Positions 27,187-41,200 of a DNA stretch of 64,000 nucleotides are shown piece by piece. Positions within the stretch are counted from its first letter, which is position 1, and every line of letters begins with the position of its first letter. Made by a program: the position numbers and the translations under genes. The stretch comes from Ylistrum balloti. Lineage: Eukaryota. The notes under the pieces were generated by a model that saw nothing but the letters and a program-made list of their open reading frames with translations, made no database searches and was not told the origin of the DNA. Location of the stretch: positions 186,001 through 250,000 of the forward strand of contig NW_026782000.1 in assembly GCF_031769215.1 (NCBI RefSeq), read 5' to 3'.

Positions 27187-30100
27187 CCCAGCAGGCATTG
27201 TACGTCAAATTTACGTCATATTTTCGTCAAATGATGGTCAGGACGTCACTGACGAGTATTTGACAAAGATCTGACGTAAATACCCTGACGTCAAATTGAT
27301 GTCAGAAGTAAAACGTCAGATGTACGTCAAGTGGCCAGAAAACCTGACGAAAATAAAATGTTCACAAAATGTTGATTTTGATTTCAGAAACGATCTCGGG
27401 TAAGCGTACTGTTACAGAAAATACTGCTTGTCCCACCTCCCGCCCCTTCAGTTCTAGTTTTGTCATGATTGAAACAACATTCATGTGATATGATACTCTT
27501 TATCCTTCATTAAGCAGTTCTTTCTACAGCTTCATAATTTTAACCAAGCTGTATAAATGGAAAAAAATATCTTGGTATATATTGTGGTTGATGTCAATCT
27601 GATTAAAATCCAGATCCCAAAATACATCACCAAATGCCGGTGGGTTTTTTTTTCTCTCCCTTTAATGGCACATCGAAATTTCGAAAAATAAAATCATCAC
27701 AAATACATCTACACGATAAGAAATTGTTCTGTGTCAACAAAAAGCTTTTGTTGGCTATTTGATGCTTTAATTTAAAAATTCAACTACTTTTAGTAAAATA
27801 TGGAACGATATGAATATCATCACCGGAGTAGTTCGTTCATACTTCCTGTCATTTGAAAATTCTAGCGGGCGCTGAGTGTTACGGCGGGAAACGAGGTCAC
27901 ATCGGTTTTTGAATTTTTTTTACATTTACGTTTGGATTTTTGTCTACAGCTGGTTTATTTTGCTTCATTCTCGGAAAAGGTGAGTTGGTTTATCGCTCAA
28001 TGTCTGAATTTGCACCGTTATAATTTTACTTTACAGATTACACGAGGTTACACAACTCGTGGCCACCGGATATGGTATTTCTTTCACTCGAGATAGGCTA
28101 GTTATGTTTCAAAAGTTATAATAGAAACTCGCTAAAGCTTGTATCTTTTGTAACTTAAAAAAAAATAACCAACTCGAGTGAAAGAAATGCAATAACCAGC
28201 AGTATTTTCTCTACTTCTAGCCATACAGAATACACAAAGAGATACAGCACTTTTTTGCTAAAATTTTCATATAACGTATCTATAAATCATTTTCACAAGT
28301 TGAATTGTTTTGGGATTTTTTAACCAGGTTTACTGTGCATACATCAATATTTTGACAAAATTGGCTGATATTTGAGAGAAAAATAGTTAATGTACAAATG
28401 TAGGTATGTGTGATATGGATATTCTACCTAAGGGTGTATAAGTTGGGGTCTTAACGGAGGCTTCAAAGGTTATAACCCAAATGGCTCCTGTATGTGTGGT
28501 GCAAATTTTGAAGATGCTATACACTTTTTCTTCCAGTGTCCTCTTTACTCACATATTAGACATCATGTTAATTCAGTATATGATTTATTAGGAAATGTTA
28601 ACCTTATTGCTTTGCTTTATGGTATCATTGGAATGTCGGATGAATTTAGTAGTTTTATACTTTATCATACTAGTTCTTATTAAAAAAAAACTAAAAGATT
28701 CTCAATTTACAAGTAATAATATATACATACAAATCCTATAGTTATAATATTTAGTATACTTAAGTAGTTGTAGATGTAGTGTGGGAGTGAGTATGTGAGT
28801 GGTTTATTTTCTTTTCTTTATTCTCTCTTTATTATTATAAACTGAAAAATACCATCCTATTATAAAAAAAAAAATGAATATATTAATTAATTTAAAATAT
28901 ACCGGTATCATTTGGGAAAAGACTCAATCCCATTGTTAATACTAAGTTTAGACTATTTATTTATAATATGTTATATAATTTGTTATGTATACTATTTATT
29001 AACAATAAAATATTTTGAAATTGAAAAAAAAAGTTATAACCCAAACTTCTTCACCTTGGGTAGAATATTCATATCCTACATTCTTCTTTAAATCTTTAAA
29101 GGAATAAATTTTCTTCCCCATTGCAATATTTTTTAACATTAAATGCAATACTAGAATAAAATAAAGAACAACAAATGTTACATTAGTATTAAGATCTATT
29201 GCATTGATCCTTTCAGAAAGCACACAAAGGTGTACAGACTGCAGAGACGCTGACCTGGAAGCAGTGATCGGGTACACATTAAAACATGTGCCCGACAGGA
29301 AAAGTGGAGAAGGAGGAAGACACCAGTAAATAATGTTATCAACATTTATTTACATGAATCTCTGTACCAACAATCAATATTTAATATTGCAAACCTATTT
29401 TCAGGCATAAAGTTTCATGGGAAAACTTCCTCTTTTATTATCTCTTATTTGTATTTAATAATTTGAAGTCCTTCTTGTAACATATTGTGACATTCATGTA
29501 TTGGGAAAAACATTGTCAACTTTTCATGGGAAATATGGTATACAAATCTTAATTTTAAGGGTTATTGGTATTATAATAAAATATACATTAATTTTGTTAG
29601 GGGCTCACTCTAACAGAGAATTAATATGAACATTTTATGTTTCAAACATTTTGTAATTTGTGCATTTGGAATGTTTCATGGTTGCTTTTTGTGTATGTAT
29701 TTATAAATTAGGTTTTATTGTAAAATCTTGAAAAGAAAATGAATATTTTGTTTCTATTGTGCATGTGTTAAGATAATGACTTTGATAGAAAATTTACACA
29801 TGAGAGTTCATATATACAGAAGCTTGTTTTTATTGTCTTTAAGACTAGTTTTGTTATATTTAAACAATGAAGATCATGTCATGAATAATTTCTTTTGTCG
29901 CTCTTGTCATTTTTGTAAATTTGTTGATTATTGTCATGATACATATATAATTTTTTTGCATTTATGCTATAAATAAAATTTGTAAGAGGAACTATATTTT
30001 GATTTATTTCATTAATATTACTTTTTAATTCTTCAAAGCATCCGCAACGTAACGCATCTGAAGTCAGATTCTGACTAATAAATGACGAAAATCTGACGTA

Positions 30101-30232
30101 AAATACTGACGTAATATAGATATCAGACATTTACGTCAATATTACTTTCATTTCTGACCATTATTTGACGTAATCCTGACGTCAGGATTAAGTCCAAATC
30201 CGACGTAAATTTGACGTAAAATGCCTGCTGGG
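27187..30232. mobile_element. EnSpm/CMC-like non-autonomous element nested in the above
   Basis: TIR CCCAGCAGGCA..TACGTCAAATTTACGTC / GACGTAAATTTGACGTA..TGCCTGCTGGG, with AA on both flanks (2-bp TSD) and dense subterminal TGACGT/ACGTCA repeats at both ends. Confidence 0.75.
28480..28700 (+). mobile_element. 5'-truncated CR1-group LINE fragment (ORF2 C-terminus)
   Basis: CMCGANFEDAIHFFFQCPLYSHIR is homologous to CTCGYIEDNFHYLFACEKYTNIR at the end of ORF2 of the full-length LINE in this window. Confidence 0.75.
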
Positions 30233-31131
30233 AAGTAGCATGCAGTTGTTCAGACGTTCTTGTGTCATTGTTGATCACAGATAGGCTTTGATTCTGCGCA
30301 ATGCTGATGCTGACCGTTCACTCACAGCATTGGTTGCTGGTATCAAAAGTAACAATTTCAGAAGTTTTACAACTTCGCAATCTCTCGTTGACTACCTGTT
30401 ATTTTGCGATTACATTTTCATTGTGGTATAAACAGCAGACGAAATCAAAATACGGTCCTGTAACTCCAGCAAAATTAGGTAAGCTCCTTATTTTCAAAAC
30501 ACAGCAGAAAATTTCTTTCAAATACAAATTATACCAATACAACATAAGAAATTTTAATGACCGACACAATATTTTTAGCATGACTTAAAAACATTTCAAG
30601 ACAAATGTATATATTATCATTCCTAGTAATGATTTGCAATTTACATTTCTTATTGTCATCATCAAAATTTGAGGAATTTTGCAAAAAAAAAAAAACATGG
30701 TTGAAAACAATTTTTTATGTATATTTTAGCTTTTAAATTTGCAACCAAACAATGCTAAAATCCACCAGCTTATGGGGGCTTCGCCCCCTGGCCCCCCACC
30801 AGGGCTTTGCCATGGCCCCACTGGGGGCCTTAAGGCGGCCCCAGACCCCCTGCCTTAATTATGTATGTCAGCCCTCTAATATCAAATTGCTTCCGCCGGC
30901 CCTGTTGCAGGCATGGTTTATTGTCGTGTCAAGATCATTGTTAAGAAATATTGCAACTGGTAATTTATGTAAAGAAGAGGAAATACGTTTTAGCACTCAT
31001 ATGCCGAGCACCATTTTATGATAGTGTGTCCAAGTGTTGGGGAAAAAAACTGTAATATTTAGACACAAACCAACTTTACTCGTCTCGACGCAAATATCAA
31101 TTGTTTTGTATCTTTCCTCGGCTGTATCTCT

Positions 31132-33894
31132 AACAAACCAACTGTCGTAAACAAACCAACTGTTGTAAACGAACTACCAGTTGTAAAACAAACCAACTGT
31201 CGTAAACAAACCAACTGTTGTAAACGAACTACCAGTTGTAAAACAAACCAACTGTCGTAAACGAACCAACTGTCGTAAACAAACCAACTGTTGTAAACGA
31301 ACCACCAGTTGTAAAACAAACCAACTGTAGTAAACAAACCAACTCTACTAAAACATACCAACTGTTGTAAAACAAACCAACTGTCGTAAAACAAACCAAC
31401 TGTTGTAAACAAACCAACTCTACTAAAACATACCAACTATTGTAAAACAAACCAACTGTCGTAAAACAAACCAACTGTTGTAAAACGAACCAACTGTCGT
31501 AAACAAACCAACTGTCGTAAAAAACCAACCGTTATAAAACAAACCAACTATCGTAATCGAACAAACTGTTGTAAAAAATAACCAACTGTTGTAAACAAAC
31601 CAACTGTCGTAAACAAACCAACTGTCGTAAACGAACCACCTGTTATAAACAAGCCAACTGTTGTAAACAAGCCAACTGTCGTAAACAAACCAATGTTCGT
31701 AAACAAACCACCTGTTATAAACAAACCAACTGTCGTAAAACAAATCAACTGTTGTAAACGAACCACCAGTTGTAAAACAAACCAACTGTCGTAAACGAAC
31801 CAACTGTTGTAAAACAAATCAACTGTCGTAAACAGTTGCAACTGTTGTAAACAAACCAACTGTTGTAAAACAAACTAACTGTCGTAAAAACCAACTGTTA
31901 TCAAACAAACCAACTGTTATAAAACAAACCAACTGTCGTAAAACAAACCAGCTGTCGTAAATGAACCAACTGTCGTAAACGACCCAACTGTTGTAAAACA
32001 AACCAACTGTCGTAAACAAACCAACTATTGTAAACAAACCAACTGTCGTAAACATACCAACTGTTGTAAAACAAACCAACTGTCGTAAAACAAACCAACT
32101 GTCGTAAACGAACCAACTGTCGTAAACAAACTAACTGTTATAATCAAACTAACTGTTGTAAACAAACCAACTGTTGTAAACAAACCAACTCTAGTAAAAC
32201 ATACCAACTGTTGTAAAACAAATCAACTGTCGTAAAACAAACCAACTGTCGTAAACGAGCCAACTGTTGTAAAACGAACCAACTGTTGTAAAACAAACCA
32301 ACTGTCGTAAACGAACCACAAGTTGTAAAACAAATCAACTGTTGTAAACAAACCAACTGTCGTAAAACAAACCAGCTGTCGTAAACAAACCACCTGTTAT
32401 AATCAAACTAACTGTCGTAAAACAAACCAGCTGTCGTAAACGAACCAACTATTGTAAACAAACCAACTGTCGTAAACATACCAACTGTTGTAAAAAAACA
32501 CCTGTTATAAACAAACCAACTGTTGTAAACAAACCAACTGTCGTAAAACAAATCAACTATTGTAAAACAAACCAACTGTCGTAAAACAAACCAACTGTCG
32601 TAAAACAAATCAACTGTTGTAAAACAAACCAACTGTTGTAAAACAAACCAACTGTCGTAAAACAAATCAACTGTTGTAAAACAAACCAACTGTTGTAAAC
32701 AAACCAACTGTTGTAAAACAAACCACCTGTTATAAATAAACCAACTGTTGCAAACAAACCAATGTTCGTAAAACAAACAAACTGTTGTAAAACAAATCAA
32801 CTGTTGTAAACAAACCAACTGTTGTAAAACAAACCAATTGTTGTAAACAAACCAACTGTTGTAAAACAAACCAACTGTCGTAAAACAAACCAACTGTCGT
32901 AAAACAAATCAACTGTTGTAAAACAAACCAACTGTTGTAAAACAAACCAACTGTCGTAAAACAAATCAACTGTTGTAAAACAAACCAACTGTTGTAAACA
33001 AACCAACTGTTGTAAAACAAACCACCTGTTATAAATAAACCAACTGTTGCAAACAAACCAACTGTCGTAAAACAAATCAACTGTTGTAAAACAAATCAAC
33101 TGTTGTAAAACAAACCAACTGTTGTAAACAAACCAACTGTCGTAAAACAAACCAACTGTCGTAAAACAAATCAACTGTTGTAAAACAAACCAACTGTTGT
33201 AAACAAACCAACTGTTGTAAAACAAACCACCTGTTATAAATAAACCAACTGTTGCAAACAAACCAATGTTCGTAAAACAAACAAACTGTTGTAAAACAAA
33301 TCAACTGTTGTAAACAAACCAACTGTTGTAAAACAAACCAATTGTTGTAAACAAACCAACTGTTGTAAAACAAACCAACTGTCGTAAAACAAACCAACTG
33401 TCGTAAAACAAATCAACTGTTGTAAAACAAACCAACTGTTGTAAAACAAACCAATGTTCGTAAAACAAACAAACTGTTGTAAAACAAATCAACTGTTGTA
33501 AACATACCAACTGTTGTAAAACAAACCAACTGTTGTAAAACAAACCAACTGTTGTAAAACAAACCACCTGTTATAAACAAACCAACTGTTGCAAACAAAC
33601 CAATGTTCGTAAAACAAACAAACTGTTGTAAAACAAATCAACTGTTGTAAAACAAACCAACTGTTGTAAACAAACCAACTGTTGTAAAACAAACCACCTG
33701 TTATAAACAAACCAACTGTTGCAAACAAACCAATGTTCGTAAAACAAACAAACTGTTGTAAAACAAATCAACTGTTGTAAAACAAACCAACTGTTGTAAA
33801 CATACCAACTGTTGTAAAACAAACCACCTGTTATAAATAAACCAACTGTTGCAAACAAACCAATGTTCGTAAAACAAACAAACTGTTGTAAACG
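31132..33894. repeat. 2.76-kb satellite of 19/20-bp units AAACAAACCAACTGT(T/C)GTA(A), about 140 units, with higher-order blocks
   Basis: Direct reading. All track ORFs at 31059-33858 derive from it. Confidence 0.97.
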
Positions 33895-35584
33895 AAACGA
33901 TAAGAAATTATATTTCAGTTTATGTTATCAGGTCAGAGAGTACGCACCCTCCACTCATCTCACAACACACTCTCCGACACGTATAGATATTTTAAGACTA
34001 AATGATCCCACACAATAATATGTCTCCAGCTGACTTTCACGATATCTGACCATCTCTGGTCCCATATAATTATCCCCAAACCGCTGTGTTCCTATTGCCT
34101 CGAATGTTTTTCTTACTCTTCCCAGACCACACAATAATTAACTACGTTGCATAAAAACCATCCAAAATCCATATGTTATAAATATGTCCTCTCATAATGT
34201 TAACAAAAACAGGTTCTTTTGATTGAGCTACCTACAAATGATATTACCAGTTATGACAGTACTGTAATAAGAACACCTTACTCAGATATAATGGTTCTTT
34301 TATCTTCGTTATTTCATGTCGTTCGCGTGAAATCAAAATTTCTCGACATGTCAGACAGGATAATTTGTCAACACTATTCTAAATCATTTGTAATGGAAAC
34401 CAATTGATTAAAATCCTGTTTATCGCATCATTTATTTTGGTAAGTCATCTCAGCTCCATATGCACGTTCACTTTCCGATATGCTATCTTTCATTAACTGG
34501 AATGAAAATAGTTCAACATCCTAAAGAGATTGACTCTATGTACTGCTATTTTCAATACACTAGTTAGATTTGTACGACAACTCCGCAGCTAACAGGAAAA
34601 TGAGATTGATGATATAATGAGTGCCATCTAGTACGTGATCATTACAACGTCATTGTATTGGGCATAGAAAAGTCGACGGTTCCCCATCGAAATAACAGTG
34701 TCATTTAAGAGACTGAACTACCGATATTGAATAATTCATTTTAGTTCGAATCAAGTTAAATTTGGAATACTGGGGTAAAATTATGGGAAATATCAATACA
34801 GCCATTGAACAGTCTTCTTTGCGGCATTTATGGTGGACATAATATCACTGTGCTACTACGCAGTACGTTTGCCTGCCAAACTCTGTCATTTAGTACAGCC
34901 ATAACCACCCCAACCCCCTTGCTTCCTCGATATATTCAGAACTTCCGATCATTATCGCTCTCTGCATACCCCGAAAACATCAATGCAAAAAATTAAATGG
35001 GCTATGTACGACACCTTGTGGAGAAAACGTGAAGGCTAGTTTGATCCTTTGATGTACATCTAACGAATCTGTAGGTCGCGTAACGGTATAAGGTAATTTT
35101 ACTATTATATGTCCCTGAGATGCAGAGAGCAAACGTGATCACCCCTTGATACTAGAAACCACAGGGAGAATGGTTTGTGAAGATGTTCTTGTTTCTTCTA
35201 TCAATGTCAAAATAAAAGACAAGAAATTGTACAAAATGTAAGAAGAAATATATTATATTGTCAACAATTTATGTAAATAAACATATATAAAATACAATAA
35301 AAAATGTAAGTTACCATATCTTATCATAAAACATGGTTGTATTTGGTTTTCACCGGACAATCAGTCAATGCTTCGATTATTTGTCTTGGCGTCTTTTGTT
35401 AGAGTAGTACGGATACCCGAGAATGAATTTGGCGCGTTCTATTTGTCAACGTCAATGATGATAGGTATATAAAGTTTGAAAACCAATTACTTCAGGTTCG
35501 GAGACACCATTTTGTCCATCTATTGCAAACTGGATGCGGTTGTCAGCAGAAGAGATTGTTTCGCCATAGATACTACATGATAAT

Positions 35585-35884
<300 letters not shown>

Positions 35885-36749
35885 TTAGAAATGAGTATAT
35901 GATATACACGCACAGCCGAAGATTCAATACTTAACAGGACTCATAAACGTTTCTTTACAAAGCTGTGGACTATTTTTCAACAAAGGCGGAAACCATGAAT
36001 TTGACCTTGCATTAATCTGAAGCTCTGTATTATGGCCATGTTGTTAAAGAATCAATTGAATAATCTATACATCCGAAACTTGTATGAACATGTTTTGTAT
36101 ACAAGATATCCTAATTGTCACATTTTCTTAATAAGAACATAAGAAGAGTATCGTACATTTCTGTATCATAACGATATGCTCATTTATCAGACACTTGAAT
36201 AGGATTAATGGGATACATGGTAAAAGTATACTATGTTTTCTTATTGTTAGTGCAGTCTTGATGCATGTCTTCAGTCATATTGGCATTTCTTGAAAAATTC
36301 GGTACCCCTGGCAACGGTACCCATCGTCATAATAAGCTTTTACATGGATCTAGAATACTATCTCACAGAGATTAATGGTCGTGATATCAAAATGAGGCAA
36401 ACATCAATAACTTGCCTGTCAAAATTTCCTGAATACACAACTAGATTCCTAGATTCAAATATATCATGCACAATATCAAAAACAGAATTCCCGTATTGTC
36501 CCAGCTCCGCGGCGCGTTTGTATACTACAGTGTCCCCGGCACACAAGTATCATGAATTAGGCATAACGTGTGGCCCCTACTACTATCATGAACATGACCG
36601 AGCTGAATAAGAAAACGAGAAGTTAGTTGATCATCAGGCATGAAAACTAATTTAAAGAGTAATATATTCGTATTTACCTGTTGTTGTGTTCTTCTAGGCG
36701 GTCGACTAGTTTGGCCGGTGTTTGGTTTTAGAATAATATTCAGGATAAC

Positions 36750-36896
36750 GGTAGCAACAGACATCTATGGACGCTGTATGCAGAGTTTCCATTGGTTAGA
36801 TAAAATTTTGTATCGCTATTTGATTGGTAGTATTTCGGGTATATATCCAAAGTCGTATATCGACCCACAAGCCTCCACTCACTCGATAGCAGACGA
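36750..36896 (-). promoter_or_regulatory. LC8-B promoter module
   Basis: GGTAGCAAC 36750, ATGGACGC 36767, ATTGG 36791 and 36823 (32 bp apart), GTCGTATATCGACCCACAA 36852, TAGCAGACGA 36887. Confidence 0.72.
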
Positions 36897-38298
36897 CGCC
36901 TTTTCAAACAGTCCGGACATCGAACTGTAATTTTAGTAATACTAAAAATCCAACAGTTTGTATATATATATGGTATTTTCACAAACTCGATATTTAGTTT
37001 AGTTTAAACAATATTTTATTCAATGTTTAACATTTAGATATACATATAATTCAAATCTTAACTAAGAGGATTTGGTAACAAGCTTAAAGCTTATGTAAAA
37101 CCATCTCCTAAAGTGTTATACCATTCACATATCGACAGAGTGGTCCAACTAAAAAGGAATGCTGGTGGCAGCTATAAAATTACAATCCGAGTACTGATCA
37201 TGTGTTTGAAATGTAGTCGCGTGCAAATTAGATATGAGTTGTTTTTAATTCCCTATATTACCTCTGAACTGAGGAGTGCAGAGAGTATAGAATATTATAA
37301 CATATATAACATAACATTTGGTATAATTAAGAATAGATACATAGTAAGTACAATAATAAAGTATAAAGGTACATAATAAGATAGTTGTACATGCACATTG
37401 AGAAACCGACCTTATAATGTGGGAAGCATAATGATAAATTGGTATTAATACATTTGAGTAAGTAAAATATTGTGCAAGATATGCACTGCAATGCTAATTT
37501 TGTAGGCCTACAGCACACAGGGGTTGGGGATACCCCTATCAGCAAGGTGTTGCAGGCTCTCAATTTTTTCACAAAAAATATAAATACATTATGCCATGCA
37601 CATATATCATCATTTTAAAGCCCAATTGATGCATGCATTGGGTATAGTCATATTTGCAATTTGTAAGAATATAAGTGTAGTACACTATACAACATCATTA
37701 TGCAATATAATGATAAGTTTGTAGGCTCACAGCACACAGGGGTTGGGGATAGCCCTACCAGCAAGGTGTTGCAGGCCCACAATTTTCACAAAAGATGTAA
37801 ATACATTATGCCATGCACATATATCATAATTTAAAGCCTAGTTGACGCATACATTGGTTATAGTAATATTTGCCATTTGTAAGAATGTAAATATGGTACA
37901 ATATGGCGACATAGCAATCATGAAAAATAATAGGTACAGTATTTGTAGTGAAGGTAAATCATTATAAGTATATAATATGTCCATACTAAGGGCAAGTATA
38001 TTATATTAACTAGGGACTAAATTTCATATTACTGATACATGTAAGTTCTTTGCGGATACCGTTAAAGTACGTATATGTTACGTTGGTAAATAATGCGTGA
38101 ATGGATATCTACATTCAACTAAAGACAAATATAGTATTTCTACGCAGTTTAGAGCGAGTATGGGTAAGTAATTTATGATTACATTGGTAAGAGGTACAAG
38201 ATTTGCAATGAAAGTACATCGTGACCAAGTGATTGAGAACGAGATTGTTGTTAGAGTAAGCACAATCAAGTTATTTTTACAAATGGAAATGGATACGA

Positions 38299-41200
38299 TC
38301 ATGCAAATCGTTCACTTTTCATTATATATTCTTGAACAGCTGATACGATTTCTTCGTTTTGCTGTATAGTTAAATCGGGATTTCCACAGAGTAGACATTC
38401 AGTATTTAAATCATAATTGAGTGCCCAAATGTATTGTTCTCTTATGTTTGTGTATTTTTCACAAGCAAATAAATAATGAAAGTTGTCTTCAATATAACCG
38501 CATGTACAAAAAGGATCGTCGCTAATGTTTTTCTCAAAGAGGTGTGCTTTTAAGCTGCTACATAATAGTCTAAGTCTCGAATGGTATATTTGGGCTGTTC
38601 TGTTTCCATAGGATCGGTAACTAGGCGATTTACCTTTGTCTCTATAAAGATAATGTTTAAGGACAGACACAGAGGGGTTTTCTCGTATAGTGGTAGGTAG
38701 ATTGTTCCACAAATGGACAGTAGAAGGAAGGAAGGAGTTTTTGTAGAAACTGGTTTTAGTTTTAATGGTAGATAAATGATTCGATTGTCTAGTTCTCATA
38801 TTATGTATTTCGGAATTTCTCCGTGGAAGTATATTAGAAAGAGAAGACGGAGTATGGTTATAGACCATGTTGTGGAGCTTGATAATCTTATGTTTTTTCC
38901 TGCGTTCTGCTAATGTGTCCCAACATGTATCTTTATATAACAATTCTATACTTACCAATTTTGTTGCTCCAGTAACAATCCGTGCTGATTCCTTGTGAAT
39001 AGATTCTAGTTTATTAATAAAGACAATTGGCAAAGAATCCCAAACAACATCAAGGATCGGCAAAATATATGAGAAATATAAACGTTCTAACGTGCTACGG
39101 TCAAGAACAAATTTGAGCTTCCTTAGGGCAGATAACCTTTTGGACGCCTTCAAGATAATACCGTCAACATGATTAGCCCAACTTAAATCTTAATTGATAT
39201 ATACACCTAGATGTTTGTGTGTTATTACTTGATTGATATTTGTGTTATCCATACTAAGTTGTGGAAGGATAGTTTTTGAAGATTTCCTACTGATTAGTAA
39301 CGACTCTGTTTTATTTGCATTAAACGTAACTAGCCATTGATTACCCCAAGCATGAATATTACATAAGTCATTATTTAATACGTTGGCTGAGTTGATAGCG
39401 TTGTCTACTACGAGATAGAGGGTAGTGTCATCTGCAAATAATTTTATAATACTAGCAATGTCAGAAACTATATCATTGATAAAAATCAGAAACAATAAGG
39501 GTCCTAAAATAGAGCCCTGTGGAACCCCAGCTTTAATTGTACCATAGTTTGAAAATTCACCGTTTACCAAAACTCGCTGTTTCCTATCAGAAAGATAACT
39601 TTTTAACCACCCTAATAGCGTTCCCCTTATGCCTGCTTTGTTTAATTTATAAAGGAGACCCTTATGCCACACCCTATCAAAAGCTTTCCTTATATCTAGG
39701 AAAATAACCTGCACCTCCTTCCCACAATCTAAAGCTTTACCAATATCATTTGTAATAGTCAATAGTTGATTTATAGCAGAATCACCTCTTCTAAAACCCG
39801 ACTGGTGTTCGGTGAAAAAAGAAGAGTCTGGTAGAAAATTATACACATGTTTAAAAACACACCTTTCCATAACCTTTCCTATTATACTAATAAGGGAAAT
39901 CGGTCTATAATTTGAAACTACACTAGGGTCGTCTTTTTTAAATATAGGAATAACATTAGCCATTTTCCACATTTCGGGATATGATTGATTCGACAGTGAT
40001 TTGTTAAAAAGACTACAAAGAGGCCCACTTATTAAGTCAGGCCCAGGTGCTTTAGACGCTTCAAGTATACTAATAGCATCAGAGACGTCCTGCTGTGTAA
40101 TAGTAATATTTTCTAGTATGATAGTAATATTGTCATGATTAACTGGAAGGGGTCGATGTAAGTCGTTAAGTTCGGTCTGTTGAATAAAGTAGTCATTAAG
40201 AATAGTGGCTTTTTCTTTATCATCAATGTACTCTTGACCATTATAAATGATCATAGGTACGTCAGTAGTTTTACATGAAAAGTTAGTTAATGAGTTCAAG
40301 ACTTTCCACCAATTTTTAGAAGAGTTAGGAGTGGTTTGAAGGTAAGATGATATTTTTTTGTAATAATTACTTTTCGCCTGCCGAATAGTATCAACACATG
40401 TATTTCTGACTTTTCTGAATGTTTCCCAATGAAGTGGGTTCTGTGTAGTCTTGGCTTTTGCATGAATTCTTTTTCTAGTTCTGATCAATTTACGTATATT
40501 ATTGTGCATCCAAGGCGGGTCAGCTTTTCTTATTGTGATACATTTGTTTGGTATTGTCTCTGAAGCTATTTGAGTAATTGTTTTTGTAACATAATCTGCA
40601 TCGAGATCTGTAGATAATGCTTCTGTATCATTCCAGGTAATGTTATTTAATTTCTCACGATAATTGTTAAAATTGCAATCTTTGTATAACCATATACGAC
40701 GTTTGGTGCATTTACAGTTCGGTGGGCGTTTGAATTTCAGATACGCATATATAGGACAGTGATACCTTATATTACTTTTCAGAAAATTATCACCTACATG
40801 GGATTGTTCAACAATACCATCATTGCTAACGAGAAACACATCTAGTAAGGATCTTGAGGTTTCTGTGAAATGTGTTGGCTCATTTATTAACTGCTTTAAA
40901 GCGAATTGGTTCATAATATCTTTAATTACACTGTTATTCGTGGATAGAATATTGTCATTCAAATCACCAGTAATAAGAATGTTTGTAATACCTGTACTAA
41001 ATGCAAGTTCTATAAAGTAATGGATTAAATTCCAAGTTTGGTCGTTGATGTTTGGGGGGCGGTAAAAAGTGCCAAGTAGCAGTTTATGAGATTTCAAATG
41101 TAATTCTAGCCATACACTTTCAACATTCCTGACCTCGAGATCTTTACGCCGTTTGACGATGATGTTTTTCCGAACATAGACCGCGACACCGCCACCAATT

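Larger units (their letters stand above)
26803..30904. mobile_element. 4.1-kb non-autonomous TIR DNA element with a 5-bp TSD
   Basis: Perfect 14-bp TIR CAGGGCCGGCGGAA (26803) / TTCCGCCGGCCCTG (30891-30904), with TTGCA on both flanks (26798-26802, 30905-30909). Poly-G run near the left end. Confidence 0.8.

Noticed and set aside
28070-28190. Inverted pair ATTTCTTTCACTCGAG / CTCGAGTGAAAGAAAT
   Set aside because: Real, but lies inside nested transposon debris and no TSD could be defined.
31059-33858. About 20 overlapping ORFs with FTTVGL/LQQLVC repeats
   Set aside because: Translations of the 19/20-bp satellite; no splice or domain evidence.
31132-33894. CRISPR-like array
   Set aside because: Units abut with no unique spacers, there are no cas genes, and the context is eukaryotic. 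The same applies to the arrays at 3210 and 12658.
36290-36982. ORFs repeated at 48605-49104 that look conserved
   Set aside because: The similarity comes from the recent DNA duplication. They overlap LC8 intron, exon 1 and promoter and have no recognisable domains.
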